This document shows, piece by piece, positions 1 through 9,641 of a stretch of 64,000 nt of DNA; the first letter of the stretch is position 1, and each line of letters begins with the position of its first letter. Under the pieces are notes generated by a model that was given only the letters and a program-made list of their open reading frames with translations, ran no database searches and was not told where the DNA came from. The DNA is from Terriglobia bacterium (lineage in GTDB: Bacteria > Acidobacteriota > Terriglobia > 2-12-FULL-54-10): assembly GCA_963666975.2 (NCBI GenBank), contig CAXVYR010000003.1, positions 128,001-192,000 of the forward strand, written 5' to 3'. The translations under genes were made by a program, and so were the position numbers.

Positions 1-462
1 CTGCGATTGGGCTGCTTGTTTTCCGGAGCGGACAACATTCGGGCGATTCGGAAGGGACAGTCTCCCTACAGCGTCAATTCCGTTGCGGTCGCCTCGGCGC
101 TGGAAGCGATTCGGGACGCCTCCTTCGTGAAGCGCTATGTCGCAGAAGTCCTGCGCGCCCGCCGGATGCTTTGCGAGGAGTTCGACGAGATGGGTTTGAG
201 GTATTTTCCGAGCGATGCCAATTTTGTGCTGGTCCGTTTCGGCCCAGCAGCCGCCAGCGTATCCCGGCGGTTGTGGGAGCAGGGAATCCTGATCCGCGAC
301 CGCAGCTACGAACTGTCCGGATGCGTGCGCATCACGGTCGGCACCGTTCCGCAGACCCGAAAGCTCATTGAAAACCTGCGCCGTGTCTGGCCTGCAATCG
401 AGAAGTCCGCGCGGGAGGCCAAGTCAGGTGGCCGCAGCCGTTTAAGACGGCGTCTTGGGTGA
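1..462 (+). CDS. hisC: histidinol-phosphate aminotransferase, C-terminal part (truncated by window)
   Basis: SPYSVN, PSDANFVLV, GILIRD, CVRITVGT motifs; heads a his operon. Confidence 0.9.
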   Translation: MRLGCLFSGADNIRAIRKGQSPYSVNSVAVASALEAIRDASFVKRYVAEVLRARRMLCEEFDEMGLRYFPSDANFVLVRFGPAAASVSRRLWEQGILIRDRSYELSGCVRITVGTVPQTRKLIENLRRVWPAIEKSAREAKSGGRSRLRRRLG

Positions 463-481
463 AATATTTCTTTAGGGAGAG

Positions 482-551
482 TTGCGAATTCAGAGCTTGC
501 TGGTTTTTGACATGGACGGAGTTTTGGTGGACGTCACAAACTCCTATCGCC
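482..551 (+). pseudogene. 5' fragment of HAD-family hydrolase (candidate histidinol-phosphate phosphatase) split by IS1-family element
   Basis: AGGGAG RBS then TTG-RIQSLLVFDMDGVLVDVTNSYR (HAD motif I DxD); rejoins in frame with 4523 onward (QTIIEAVKHFTG) when the element plus one TSD is removed. Confidence 0.85.
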
Positions 552-618
552 GGTAGTGGTGCAGTTTGAATTTTCTTGGGCCTTGAATCGGGATGGTCGC
601 CCGTGCCACACTTGGATC

Positions 619-753
619 ATGCCAAGGGGCAAGAGCAAGGCAAAGCCAAAACCAAAACTAAAGCGCAAGCCTGCCAAGCGCCCTCCCCGCGAGGACTTCA
701 ACCAGGCTGCCTTTCGAGCCGTGCAAGAGACGATCCGAAGAAGCGAGTCGTAG
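619..753 (+). CDS. small basic protein (44 aa), IS passenger
   Basis: MPRGKSKAKPKPKLKRKPAKRPPREDFNQAAFRAVQETIRRSES; upstream TTGAAT-18-CACACT with TG extension suggests a leaderless transcript. Confidence 0.55.
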   Translation: MPRGKSKAKPKPKLKRKPAKRPPREDFNQAAFRAVQETIRRSES

Positions 754-758
754 GCTCG

Positions 759-944
759 CTAACGATTAAGGTTTTCTTTGGAAGGCGGAACGCGCGGATT
801 TTTGATACTGTTAGGGCGGTTAGGATCATGGCGCTCAAACAATTTCCGCGCTTTATCGTCTGCCTCTCGGAGGATTTTCCGAATATTCGACGTCCGTGTC
901 GCCTCTTCCCCTTGATTCGCAGGAATAAAGTAAGGAGTTCTCAT
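759..944 (-). CDS. small hypothetical protein (61 aa), IS passenger, coupled to protease
   Basis: ATGA start/stop overlap with the protease stop at 941-944. Confidence 0.5.
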   Translation of the reverse strand: MRTPYFIPANQGEEATRTSNIRKILREADDKARKLFERHDPNRPNSIKNPRVPPSKENLNR

Positions 945-1738
945 GATGGTTGTCCCTCTGCCTGTGGCACCAAGCCAACATAAGTCGTGATTCCGGCCAG
1001 TTTGGGGCGTAGCTGGTCAAACAATTCATCTAATTCAAACGGCGGCTCAGATACCTTTATCCCTAGCGACTCGGCCTCTGCAAGATCAATGGAAAATTCA
1101 TGGGATGGATAATATTCGACTATAGATTGGTAAGCCGCTTTTCGCTGCGTTTTCTTGGCCTTGTCTTCGGGCCTGGAAATTTCCTTGCAATAGGTTACGG
1201 CCAGCCTATTATCAAGAGAAAAGGCTCCCAAATCATAGGGATCAATTTTTTCAAGGACTGGTCTCACCAAGCCTGCGGCAAGCCTGCTGGCCGTTTCTAA
1301 TGCCTTCTCTGGTTCGACGCCTCTTGCCATGAGTAGTTCCATAAGGGCATCCATTGAAGAAGTGGCAAATTCTCGCAGATATTTAACCGCTTCAAATGCC
1401 TCAAGTGGGGATTGCCGTTCAGAAGCAAAAATTTTTTCCTGGCGTTTGCTGGCCACCTGCGGATCAAGTGGGCCGAGTTCGCTTATTTCCGACATCACAA
1501 TATTTGAAGACCCCAGACAGATAAGCGTCGCCCCACTTCCGGCCTGCTCTGGAACCAGCGCTTCCCAACTGTTTGAGATTCGAGAAAATAGTCGTGCAAG
1601 CATGTAACAAGCGGTCAGTTGCCCCCCCGGAGAATGGATAAGAATATCCGGGGAATTGTCTCCACCAACTCGCCGAAGCTCGCGCTTCCAAGTATAGACT
1701 TCGTTAAGCACGTTGCTGTCGATGAACCCAGAGATCAA

Positions 1739-3187
1739 GAGGGTGTCCCATACATAGTTGAAGGTTGAACGGCGGTTCGGCCCGAATCGAATAGAATCGG
1801 GCCAAGCCTAAATCCTATAGAAGGAGAACCGCCGAATGAAGGGAAAATATCACGTTTTGGAACTGGGTTCCAAGGGAGCCGAAGAAACCATCCAGAAGTT
1901 TTGCCAAACCAACGGACAGATGCTGTTGCCGGTGGTGGATCTGATCACGGAGGCGCGTCTGGCGGTGGATGAGGTGATTGATCGGGCCGGGCGAGGTTTG
2001 ATTGAAACGATTCTGAGCATGAGCGCAGAGCAAATCGCGGGGCCAAAGAGTCCCGGGAAGGCGAGCGGAGAGGTGCGCTGGCATGGCCGGCAATTGGGGA
2101 GGGTGAAACTGGCCGATCGCCAGCTGCGGGTGGAGCGGCCCCGGCTGCGCCGGAAGGGCGGAGGGGAAGAAGCGGTGCCGGCCTACGAAGCACTGCGGAA
2201 AAGCGAGAAGACGGGCGAGGAGATGTTCGAGGCACTGTTGAAAGGGGTTTCGACGCGGAACTACCGCGAGGTGATCCCGGAGATGGCCAACAGCGCTGGG
2301 GTGTCGAAGTCTCAGGTGAGCCGGGAAGCGGCCGAGCAAGGAGCGCGGCGGCTGGAAGAACTGTTGGCGCGGCGCTGGGAGGAGGTCGAGATTCTGGTGA
2401 TTTACCTGGACGGAATGCGGTTCGGCTCCCACCACGTCATCAGCGCCGTGGGCGTGGACATCGAGGGCCGCAAGCATGTGCTGGGGATTCAACTGGGCGC
2501 GACCGAAAACGCCGCTGCGGTGAAAGACCTTCTCACCCGCCTGCGCCAGCAAGGTTTGCGCACGGATCAGCGCTATCTGTTTGTGATCGACGGCGCCAAA
2601 GCGCTCCGCGCGGGGATCGAGGAAGTATTCGGCAGCAATCAGCTGGTGCAGCGTTGCCGTACTCATAAGCTGCGCAACGTGGCTGAGCGGTTACCAAAGG
2701 GCGACAAAATGCTGGCGAATCAGGTGCGGTCGCTGATGCGCGCCGCCTGGCGATTGCCCCAAGCCGAGGAAGGCATCGTGCGCATAAAAAAGCTCGCTGG
2801 GATGATCGAGTGCGATCATCCGGCAGCAGCCGCCAGCTTGCGCGAAGGGTTGGAGGAGACCTTTACGATCAATCGAGCCGACGTTCCTCCCAGCCTCCAC
2901 CGCTGCCTGGCAACCACGAACCTCATCGAGAGCCCGCAGTCGGGCGTGCGGAAAAAGACTGGCAATGTTTGCCGCTGGCGCGACGGCGAGATGACGTTGC
3001 GCTGGGTGGCAGGAGCGTTTCTGCTGACCGAGAAGAATTTCCGGAAGATCATGGGTTATCACGATCTCTGGGCTTTGGCATCGATTCTCGGCCGAAGTCC
3101 AAACGCTGCTTCCTCTCACAAGGAGAAAGTGGCGTAATATGAACTCAACCCGCCGTCCCAACCTGCAACTGAGTTTGGGACACCTTC
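1739..3187 (+). mobile_element. IS256-family insertion sequence, copy 1 (1,449 bp)
   Basis: Imperfect ~37-bp TIRs GAGGGTGTCCCATAC.../...GTTTGGGACACCTTC; 8-bp TSD GAGATCAA at 1731-1738 and 3188-3195. Confidence 0.95.
1836..3137 (+). CDS. IS256-family (Mutator-type) DDE transposase
   Basis: GVSTR, YLDG, FVIDG, QRCRTHKLRN, TTNLIES motifs; 433 aa. Confidence 0.95.
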   Translation: MKGKYHVLELGSKGAEETIQKFCQTNGQMLLPVVDLITEARLAVDEVIDRAGRGLIETILSMSAEQIAGPKSPGKASGEVRWHGRQLGRVKLADRQLRVERPRLRRKGGGEEAVPAYEALRKSEKTGEEMFEALLKGVSTRNYREVIPEMANSAGVSKSQVSREAAEQGARRLEELLARRWEEVEILVIYLDGMRFGSHHVISAVGVDIEGRKHVLGIQLGATENAAAVKDLLTRLRQQGLRTDQRYLFVIDGAKALRAGIEEVFGSNQLVQRCRTHKLRNVAERLPKGDKMLANQVRSLMRAAWRLPQAEEGIVRIKKLAGMIECDHPAAAASLREGLEETFTINRADVPPSLHRCLATTNLIESPQSGVRKKTGNVCRWRDGEMTLRWVAGAFLLTEKNFRKIMGYHDLWALASILGRSPNAASSHKEKVA

Positions 3188-3390
3188 GAGATCAAAGCAA
3201 AAAGGGGCCTTTCCCTAATCTTCGAAATCGCCCATAGTGTATTTGTAATCTCTTCATAGGCTCCCGTTGGCTTGCAACTTGGTTCCCGTGGTGGACGAGC
3301 TTGGCCTGGCTGTTCGACAACCTTTTCGCCGTTATCAGCGAGGTTTCTTGGGTCTATTACTCGCGTCCCCATATTGCTTTCCTTCCGATC

Positions 3391-3564
3391 TCAATCCACA
3401 TCAGTTTTTTGATTTTTTGCTTTCGCCCATCTCGCTTGAACTGCCCTTCTGGCACTTTCGCTCCGCTCTTTTGGGGTCATGGCCGCTGCCCTGGCTAGCC
3501 CACCCTTCTTTCCGCCCCTGCGCCCTAAGGCTACAGCATACGGATTTTTGCGTCTCCTTGCCAC
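3391..3564 (-). CDS. small basic KGG-containing protein (57 aa; below the ORF-track cutoff)
   Basis: GTG start; MARRRKNPYAVALGRRGGKKGGLARAAAMTPKERSESARRAVQARWAKAKNQKTDVD; perfect TTGACA-16-TATAAT promoter ends 6 nt before the start. Confidence 0.75.
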   Translation of the reverse strand: MARRRKNPYAVALGRRGGKKGGLARAAAMTPKERSESARRAVQARWAKAKNQKTDVD

Positions 3565-3570
3565 AAGATA

Positions 3571-3661
3571 ATTATACGTGAGCGGTCTCGAATGTCAAGA
3601 AAAGTAATTTACCCGCGCCCTCATATTTCTCTTGACATATACGTGAGCGGTTACGTATACT
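3571..3661. promoter_or_regulatory. back-to-back sigma70 promoters with repeated spacer motif
   Basis: Minus strand: TTGACA(3598-3593)-16-TATAAT(3576-3571). Plus strand: TTGACA(3632-3637)-18-TATACT(3656-3661). TATACGTGAGCGGT occurs in both promoters. Confidence 0.75.
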
Positions 3662-3668
3662 TCAGTTT

Positions 3669-4499
3669 ATGAACCGCCTGAATCGAACACGGCAAGCTCA
3701 AGTAGTAGCGGCTCTGGTTGAAGGAAACTCGATTCGCAGCATAGAGCGCATGGCCGGAATTGCAAAGCACACGATCCTAAAACTCCTCGCTGATTTAGGT
3801 CCCGCGTGCGTTCAATATCAGGACCGCGCTCTCCGCAATCTTAAATGCCGCCGGATTCAGGTCGATGAGATTTGGCAGTTTTGCTATGCAAAGGAAAAGA
3901 ACGTTCCCCAGGACCGCAAGGGGCAGTTCGGTTACGGCGATGTCTGGACTTGGGTTGCTCTGGATGCCGATACGAAGCTTGTCCCGTGCTGGGTGATTGG
4001 GGATCGTTCGGCTGACTCCGCTTCGCTTCTCATGCGCGACCTGGCAAGCCGTCTCCGTTACCGCGTCCAGCTAACCACGGACGGCCACAGAGCATACCTG
4101 ATAGCAGTGGAAGAGGCGTTCGGAGCCGACATTAACTTCTCGCAACTAATCAAGATTTACGGCAACCCTCAAGAACTGGGTTCAAGGTACAGCCCAGGAG
4201 AGTGCATCGGCTACAAACAGGAACGGATCGTCGGTCGGCCAGACCCGTTTCATATTTCCACGAGCTTCGTAGAAAGGCAGAATCTTACGATGCGCATGTC
4301 TATGCGCCGGTTCACTCGCCTCACTAACGGGTTCTCCAAAAAGGTTGAGAATCACGGCTATGCTGTGGCGATCCACTACATGCATTACAATTTTGCCCGG
4401 ATTCACAAAACGCTGAGGATCACACCGGCTATGGCGGCTGACGTTTCGGACCACGCTTGGGAGATCGAAGAGATGCTAGATCGGGTTGGCCTAAAATGA
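3669..4499 (+). CDS. IS1-family DDE transposase
   Basis: N-terminal HTH, IQVDEIW, WTWVALDADTKL, LTTDG, STSFVERQNLTMR, YNFARIH..TPAMAA; stop codon abuts the right TIR. Confidence 0.9.
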   Translation: MNRLNRTRQAQVVAALVEGNSIRSIERMAGIAKHTILKLLADLGPACVQYQDRALRNLKCRRIQVDEIWQFCYAKEKNVPQDRKGQFGYGDVWTWVALDADTKLVPCWVIGDRSADSASLLMRDLASRLRYRVQLTTDGHRAYLIAVEEAFGADINFSQLIKIYGNPQELGSRYSPGECIGYKQERIVGRPDPFHISTSFVERQNLTMRMSMRRFTRLTNGFSKKVENHGYAVAIHYMHYNFARIHKTLRITPAMAADVSDHAWEIEEMLDRVGLK

Positions 4500-4514
4500 A
4501 ACTGCACCACTACC

Positions 4515-5133
4515 CTATCGCCAGACGATTATCGAAGCCGTGAAGCACTTCACCGGTACAGAGATCAGTAACCAGGAGATCCAGGTTGCCAAGAACAGGG
4601 GAGGGGCCAACAACGACTGGGACCTGACGCTGGAGTTGGTGCGCGAGCGGGGTGGTTCTCCAACCCGCCAGGAAGTGATCCGAATTTTCCAGCAGATCTA
4701 TCGCGGCAACAACAATGACGGCCTGATCGCCAGGGAGCAATGGCTGCCCCGGGGCCAATTGCTCGAGCGGTTGTCCCGCCGTTTCCGGCTGGCGCTGTTT
4801 ACCGGAAGAGAGCACGGAGAGGCGTTGTTCACGCTGTCCAAATTTGCGCCGGATGTCGTCTTCGATCCGGTTGTGGGGATGGAGGACGTCGAGCGAGAAA
4901 AGCCCGATCCGGAGGGTCTGCTGAAGATTCTGGATAAAATAAAACCCAAGGAAGTATTCTACGCAGGCGATACGATGGATGATTGCCGCGCCGCGAGCGC
5001 CGCCCATGTGCCCTTCATTGGAGTGGTCGGACCGGAAAATCCCTTGGGAGCGGAGTTGGAGCGGCTTTTCCGGCAGGAGGGAGCCAAGGCTGTGATCTCC
5101 GACGTCAACGAACTGGAGCGGGTATTGCTATGA
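4515..5133 (+). pseudogene. 3' fragment of HAD-family hydrolase
   Basis: HAD motifs II-IV (LFTGR, KPDPEGL, GDTMDD) present but motif I is stranded at 482-551. Confidence 0.85.
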
Positions 5134-5738
5134 AAAAAAAACCAGTGCGTCCCCGCGTTGCGCGGGTGGAGCGCAACACTACGGAGACCAAAATTCGTGC
5201 CCGGCTGACCCTGGAGGGGAAGGGGAAATACAAGGTTCAAACCGGCATCCGGTTTCTGGATCACATGCTGGAGCTGTTTGCCAAGCATGGCGGCTTTGAT
5301 CTGGAGTTGCGGGCCAAGGGCGATCTGGACGTGGACCAGCATCATACGGTGGAAGATGTGGGGATCGTCCTGGGACAATGTTTTCGTCAGGCTCTGGGGG
5401 ACCGTCGAGGGATCAACCGCGCCGGATATTTTCTGATGCCCCTGGATGAAAGCTTGGCGATGGCGGCGGTGGATCTGTCCGGAAGACCTTACCTGGTTTG
5501 CCGCGCCCGTTTTCCCCAGCCCAAGGTGGGCGATCTGCAAACGGAGTTGATCGAGGATTTTTTCCAGGGCTTTGTGACTCACGCCGGGGCGAACCTGCAC
5601 TTGAAGCTCCTCTACGGGCGATCCACACACCACGGCGTGGAGGCGATGTTCAAGACCTTCGCCCGCGCCATGAAGACGGCTGTTTCGTTCGATGCACGGC
5701 TGAAAAAGGAGCTGCCCAGCACGAAGGGATTACTATGA
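5130..5738 (+). CDS. hisB: imidazoleglycerol-phosphate dehydratase (monofunctional)
   Basis: [36 protein letters not shown]. Confidence 0.97.
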   Translation: MKKKPVRPRVARVERNTTETKIRARLTLEGKGKYKVQTGIRFLDHMLELFAKHGGFDLELRAKGDLDVDQHHTVEDVGIVLGQCFRQALGDRRGINRAGYFLMPLDESLAMAAVDLSGRPYLVCRARFPQPKVGDLQTELIEDFFQGFVTHAGANLHLKLLYGRSTHHGVEAMFKTFARAMKTAVSFDARLKKELPSTKGLL

Positions 5739-6412
5739 TCTCGGTGGTCGATTACGGCGCAGGCAATCTGCGCTCGGTTGAAAATGCGTTGCGGTATTTG
5801 AAGGTCTCCTTTGCCACCACTTCCCAGGCTGGCGAGGTGAGCCGGGCGTCGGCGATTGTATTGCCGGGCGTCGGCCATTTCGGCCACATGATGCGTTCGC
5901 TCAAACTGCTGGGGTTGCTTCCGGTGCTGCGCGAGGCCATTGGCAAAGATGTGCCCTACCTGGGAATCTGTCTCGGCATGCACGCTTTGTATGAGGGAAG
6001 CGAAGAAGCTCCCGCCCTTCCGGGGCTGGGGGTTTTGCAGGGCGGCATCCGGCGCTTTCCCCAGGGATTGAAAGTGCCGCAGATGGGATGGAATCAATTG
6101 CAGGTGACGCCCGGCACCCGGCTCTTTCAGGACGTGGAGGACGGGCCGTTCGTGTATTTTGCCCACGCCTATTACTTGCCTGTGGATGAGGATAAAGCTT
6201 TCCGGGACCGGGAGTCGCCGCCGGTGGCAGCTCTCGCCGACTACGGATCGAATTTTGTGGCGGCCGTGGAGAGGGACAACATCTTCGGTACACAGTTCCA
6301 TCCGGAGAAATCCGGAGAGATCGGGTTGCGGATCCTGCGCAATTTTGCCGTGCTCAGCCAGGAACGGGCAGAGATCAAATCTCCATCGCGAGGCGGCAGC
6401 CGTGTTGGCTAA
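5735..6412 (+). CDS. hisH: imidazole glycerol phosphate synthase glutaminase subunit
   Basis: [28 protein letters not shown]. Confidence 0.97.
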   Translation: MISVVDYGAGNLRSVENALRYLKVSFATTSQAGEVSRASAIVLPGVGHFGHMMRSLKLLGLLPVLREAIGKDVPYLGICLGMHALYEGSEEAPALPGLGVLQGGIRRFPQGLKVPQMGWNQLQVTPGTRLFQDVEDGPFVYFAHAYYLPVDEDKAFRDRESPPVAALADYGSNFVAAVERDNIFGTQFHPEKSGEIGLRILRNFAVLSQERAEIKSPSRGGSRVG

Positions 6413-7157
6413 ACGAATCATCGCCTGTCTGGACGTGAAGGAAGGCCGGGTGGTCAAAGGAACCCAATTCGTCCAGTTGCGGGATGCCGGAGACCCTGCG
6501 GAGTTGGCGGCGGCCTACAACCGCGAGGGCGTGGACGAGGTTATTTTCCTGGACATCACGGCTTCGGCTGAGAAACGCGGGCTGATTGTGGAGACGGTGG
6601 TGCGCACGGCCCGGCAGGTGTTTATTCCGCTCGCGGTCGGGGGAGGCATTCGGTCGGTCGGCGACGCCAGAAGGATTCTTACCTCCGGGGCGGACAAGAT
6701 TTCCGTGAACACGGCGGCAGTGGAGAAGCCGGAGTTGATCACCGCGCTGTCGGAAGAGTTCGGCTCACAGGCCGTGGTGCTCGCCATCGATGCCCGCCGG
6801 GAGGGAGATGGCTGGCGCGTCTTTACCTACGGCGGGAGAAAGCCTGTGAACCTGTCGGCGGTCGAGTGGGCCATCGAAGGCGAGGCGTTCGGGGCGGGGG
6901 AGATATTGCTGACCTCGATGGATTGCGACGGCACGGAGAAGGGATTCGATTGCGAGCTGACGCGGGCCATCTCTCGCGCCGTGAAGATACCGGTCATTGC
7001 CTCCGGGGGCGCAGGCTCCGCCGAGCACTTTGCGCAGGTGCTCACTGAAGGAGAGGCGGACGCGGCGCTGGCCGCCTCGATTTTCCATTATGGCAAGGTG
7101 AGGATCCGGGATTTGAAGGAGCATCTGAAGGCGCAAGGAATTCCCGTTCGGATGTGA
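6402..7157 (+). CDS. hisF: imidazole glycerol phosphate synthase cyclase subunit
   Basis: [42 protein letters not shown]. Confidence 0.97.
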   Translation: MLAKRIIACLDVKEGRVVKGTQFVQLRDAGDPAELAAAYNREGVDEVIFLDITASAEKRGLIVETVVRTARQVFIPLAVGGGIRSVGDARRILTSGADKISVNTAAVEKPELITALSEEFGSQAVVLAIDARREGDGWRVFTYGGRKPVNLSAVEWAIEGEAFGAGEILLTSMDCDGTEKGFDCELTRAISRAVKIPVIASGGAGSAEHFAQVLTEGEADAALAASIFHYGKVRIRDLKEHLKAQGIPVRM

Positions 7158-7265
7158 TGCGCTGTCCTTCCGGATGCTCTGGGTCCTGTGGAAACTCAAA
7201 TCGCTGGCATCGCAGTCAATAAATAAATTTCTAACTGATCTTGAACTGATCCCGGCTGAACACCC

Positions 7266-7952
7266 ATGATTATCCCTTGCATCGACCTGATGGATGGCAA
7301 AGCCGTGCAACTGATTCGCGGCAGGAAGAAAGCTCTCGAAGTCGAGAATCCCCTGGACATGCTCAAAAAATTCCGTGGATTTCCCGTCATCCAGGTCATC
7401 GACCTCGATGCCGCCATGGGACGCGGGGACAATCGCAAGACGGTCGCCCAGCTCTGCCGCCGTGCTTCCTGCCGGGTGGGAGGAGGAGTTCGCACCACAG
7501 AGCGCGTTCGAGAGTTGGCCGAGTTGGGAGCGCGGCAGATCATCATAGGAACCGCAGCATTTCGCGAAGGCGGCGTCAACCGCAGCTTCCTGGCGGCCGC
7601 TCGAAAGGCGGCGGGAAAACAGTTCATGACAATTGCTCTCGACAGCAGTCGCGGGCGAATCGTAGTACGAGGATGGCGCGGGCGCACCGGGCTTCGTGCA
7701 GAAGATGTGATCCCGGCGCTGGAGCCGTACTGTTCCGGTTTTCTGTGCACCTACGTGGACAAAGAAGGCATGATGCAAGGGACCAGCCTGCGCTGGTTTC
7801 GCCGGCTGCGCAAGGCGACCAAGCTTCCCATCACGGCGGCGGGCGGCATCACTACCGCTGCAGAGGTCGAGGCACTGGCCCAGATGGAGATCGACGCGGC
7901 GGTGGGAATGGCCGTCTACACGGGAAAGCTAAAACTGCATCCTCCCGGCTAG
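7266..7952 (+). CDS. hisA: ProFAR isomerase
   Basis: MIIPCIDLMDGKAVQL, IDLDAA, VGGGVR, AAGGI; operon position. Confidence 0.9.
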   Translation: MIIPCIDLMDGKAVQLIRGRKKALEVENPLDMLKKFRGFPVIQVIDLDAAMGRGDNRKTVAQLCRRASCRVGGGVRTTERVRELAELGARQIIIGTAAFREGGVNRSFLAAARKAAGKQFMTIALDSSRGRIVVRGWRGRTGLRAEDVIPALEPYCSGFLCTYVDKEGMMQGTSLRWFRRLRKATKLPITAAGGITTAAEVEALAQMEIDAAVGMAVYTGKLKLHPPG

Positions 7953-8156
7953 ATTTCTCCACACGACGAGCCGCGCTATCCCATGACGACCTTCCCCCAA
8001 AGCAACTATCATAAAGGCGACAAGCTGTTTCGTCTTTTTATCCCTTTATCCTTTTATCCTTCCCGGTTTGCCGATGGTGAAACAACCGCTTCACAGGAAA
8101 GACTGAAATGGAAGAAAACGCAGCGGTGTTATAATCGGTTTGTTTCTTCGCGTCTT

Positions 8157-9125
8157 ATGGAAATACTGGATTTGCGACACATGCGCTCCCAGGACCTGGA
8201 GCATTTGCTGGAGGAGGAAAAGCAACTCTGGCAAAAGCATCTCCAATGGGACTACACGGCGTCGGCGGCGTTGATCAAGCGTTTTGTCGATGCCCGCGCC
8301 CTGCCGGGATATGCCGCGGTCGATGGCGGCCGGACCGTCGGTTACAGCTTTTACGTCTATGAGGACTACAAAGGTTTAATTGGGGACGTGTTCGTCAGCG
8401 GCGCTTCAAAAGACGGCGCCACCGAATCCGAGTTGCTCCGGAACGTGATCGAGACCATGCAAGGGACCCCGGGTATTCGCCGGATCGAAACCCAGTTGAT
8501 GAACTTCGGCGACCGGCCCATTTCCCAATGCTTCCATTCGCAGAACTTCCAGAGTTTCGGACGAAAATTTTTATTTCGGGAGCTTGCCGATTGCCCCCTC
8601 TCCTCGCTCAGCCACAATCGGGATATTGAGCTGGCTCCCTGGGACCCGCGCTGGACGTCCGAGGCGGCCCATCTGATCACGCGCGCCTACCACGGGCACA
8701 TCGATAGCACCATCAACGACCAGTACCGCTCGCACGCCGGGGCAATGCGTTTCCTGGACAACATCCTCCACTATCCCGGATGCGGCCGCTTTGACGCCGG
8801 CTGCTCATTCCTGGCGTTTCGGAGGGATACGTCCCGGCTTTGCGGGATGGTGCTCACCTCCGTGGTGAGAGACCGCGTCGGCCACATCACGCAAGTCTGT
8901 GTCGATCCCGAGTCGCAGGGCACGGGTCTCGGCTTCAACCTGATCTGCGAGAGCCTGCAAAAATTGCAGCAGCGCCGGTTCCGGACGGTTACGCTGACCG
9001 TGACGGCCGCCAACAGCAGCGCGCTCCGCCTCTACGAGAAGATGCAGTTTTCCACCCTTAGAGATTTCCAGGCCTTCGTCTGGGACGCTTTCGGGCGGGA
9101 CCGCTCGCAGCCTTGGAATAATTAG
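8157..9125 (+). CDS. GNAT-family N-acetyltransferase (two-domain)
   Basis: VCVDPESQGTGLG acetyl-CoA motif, LTVTAANSSALRLYEKMQF. Confidence 0.8.
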   Translation: MEILDLRHMRSQDLEHLLEEEKQLWQKHLQWDYTASAALIKRFVDARALPGYAAVDGGRTVGYSFYVYEDYKGLIGDVFVSGASKDGATESELLRNVIETMQGTPGIRRIETQLMNFGDRPISQCFHSQNFQSFGRKFLFRELADCPLSSLSHNRDIELAPWDPRWTSEAAHLITRAYHGHIDSTINDQYRSHAGAMRFLDNILHYPGCGRFDAGCSFLAFRRDTSRLCGMVLTSVVRDRVGHITQVCVDPESQGTGLGFNLICESLQKLQQRRFRTVTLTVTAANSSALRLYEKMQFSTLRDFQAFVWDAFGRDRSQPWNN

Positions 9126-9133
9126 GGGAATTC

Positions 9134-9514
9134 TCAGGAACCGGCGGCGGGGGGCGCTTCATCGGCGCCGGCGGGTTCAGAAGAGTCAGGCGGGTCAGGG
9201 CGGAACAGTTGAAGCAGGTTATACGCTAATTCAGCCGACAGCTCGTTGATCTCCATTCCTTCTTCCACCATCAGCTTGCAGGAAAGGGCTTGCTGCACTT
9301 TCTCTCCGCCTGCTCGCGTGACGCTCACCCGGCAGTACTGGCATTCTTCGTTCCAGCAATACCGCCCGTAAGAAATAGTGTCCGGGCAAAGAAATTGGAA
9401 GGCGCGGAGCAGCATGTTGTTCTCGGGAACGGAGAATTGCTTTCCCCGAATCTTGATCCCCACCAGTTTTTCGTAAGGACGAAACAGCGGTCCCGCAACG
9501 TAATCCTGCCCCAT
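9134..9514 (-). CDS. 2Fe-2S-binding domain protein
   Basis: CWNEECQYC...ALSC Cys pattern resembling NuoG-type N-terminal Fer2 domains. Confidence 0.65.
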   Translation of the reverse strand: MGQDYVAGPLFRPYEKLVGIKIRGKQFSVPENNMLLRAFQFLCPDTISYGRYCWNEECQYCRVSVTRAGGEKVQQALSCKLMVEEGMEINELSAELAYNLLQLFRPDPPDSSEPAGADEAPPAAGS

Positions 9515-9641
9515 CAGAGAAGCTTACCATGAAAACTTTGCTGGACGATGGACGACGAACGACGGGTTGGGAAGGCGTGCAGGAAGGCGTTAAGGTTTTT
9601 CAGATGTCCGGTGGGGGCGCGCTGTGACGACCTGCGGGTCA

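Larger units (their letters stand above)
941..3372 (-). pseudogene. SDH-family Clp-fold serine proteinase interrupted by IS256
   Basis: HSPGG, AGSGATLICLG, LGPLDPQ, YPSH motifs; N-terminus MGTRVIDPRN...RPLFALIS (3372-3188) joins in frame to GFIDSNVLNE across the IS256 TSD. Confidence 0.85.
552..4514 (+). mobile_element. IS1-family element with passenger genes (transporter IS)
   Basis: TIR GGTAGTGGTGCAGTTT at 552-567 and its perfect reverse complement at 4499-4514; 8-bp TSD CTATCGCC at 544-551 and 4515-4522; IS1-type transposase at 3669-4499. Confidence 0.92.

Noticed and set aside
1815-2666. 283-aa antisense ORF in IS256 (also 32696-33547)
   Set aside because: Shadow ORF of a GC-rich transposase with no recognisable motifs.
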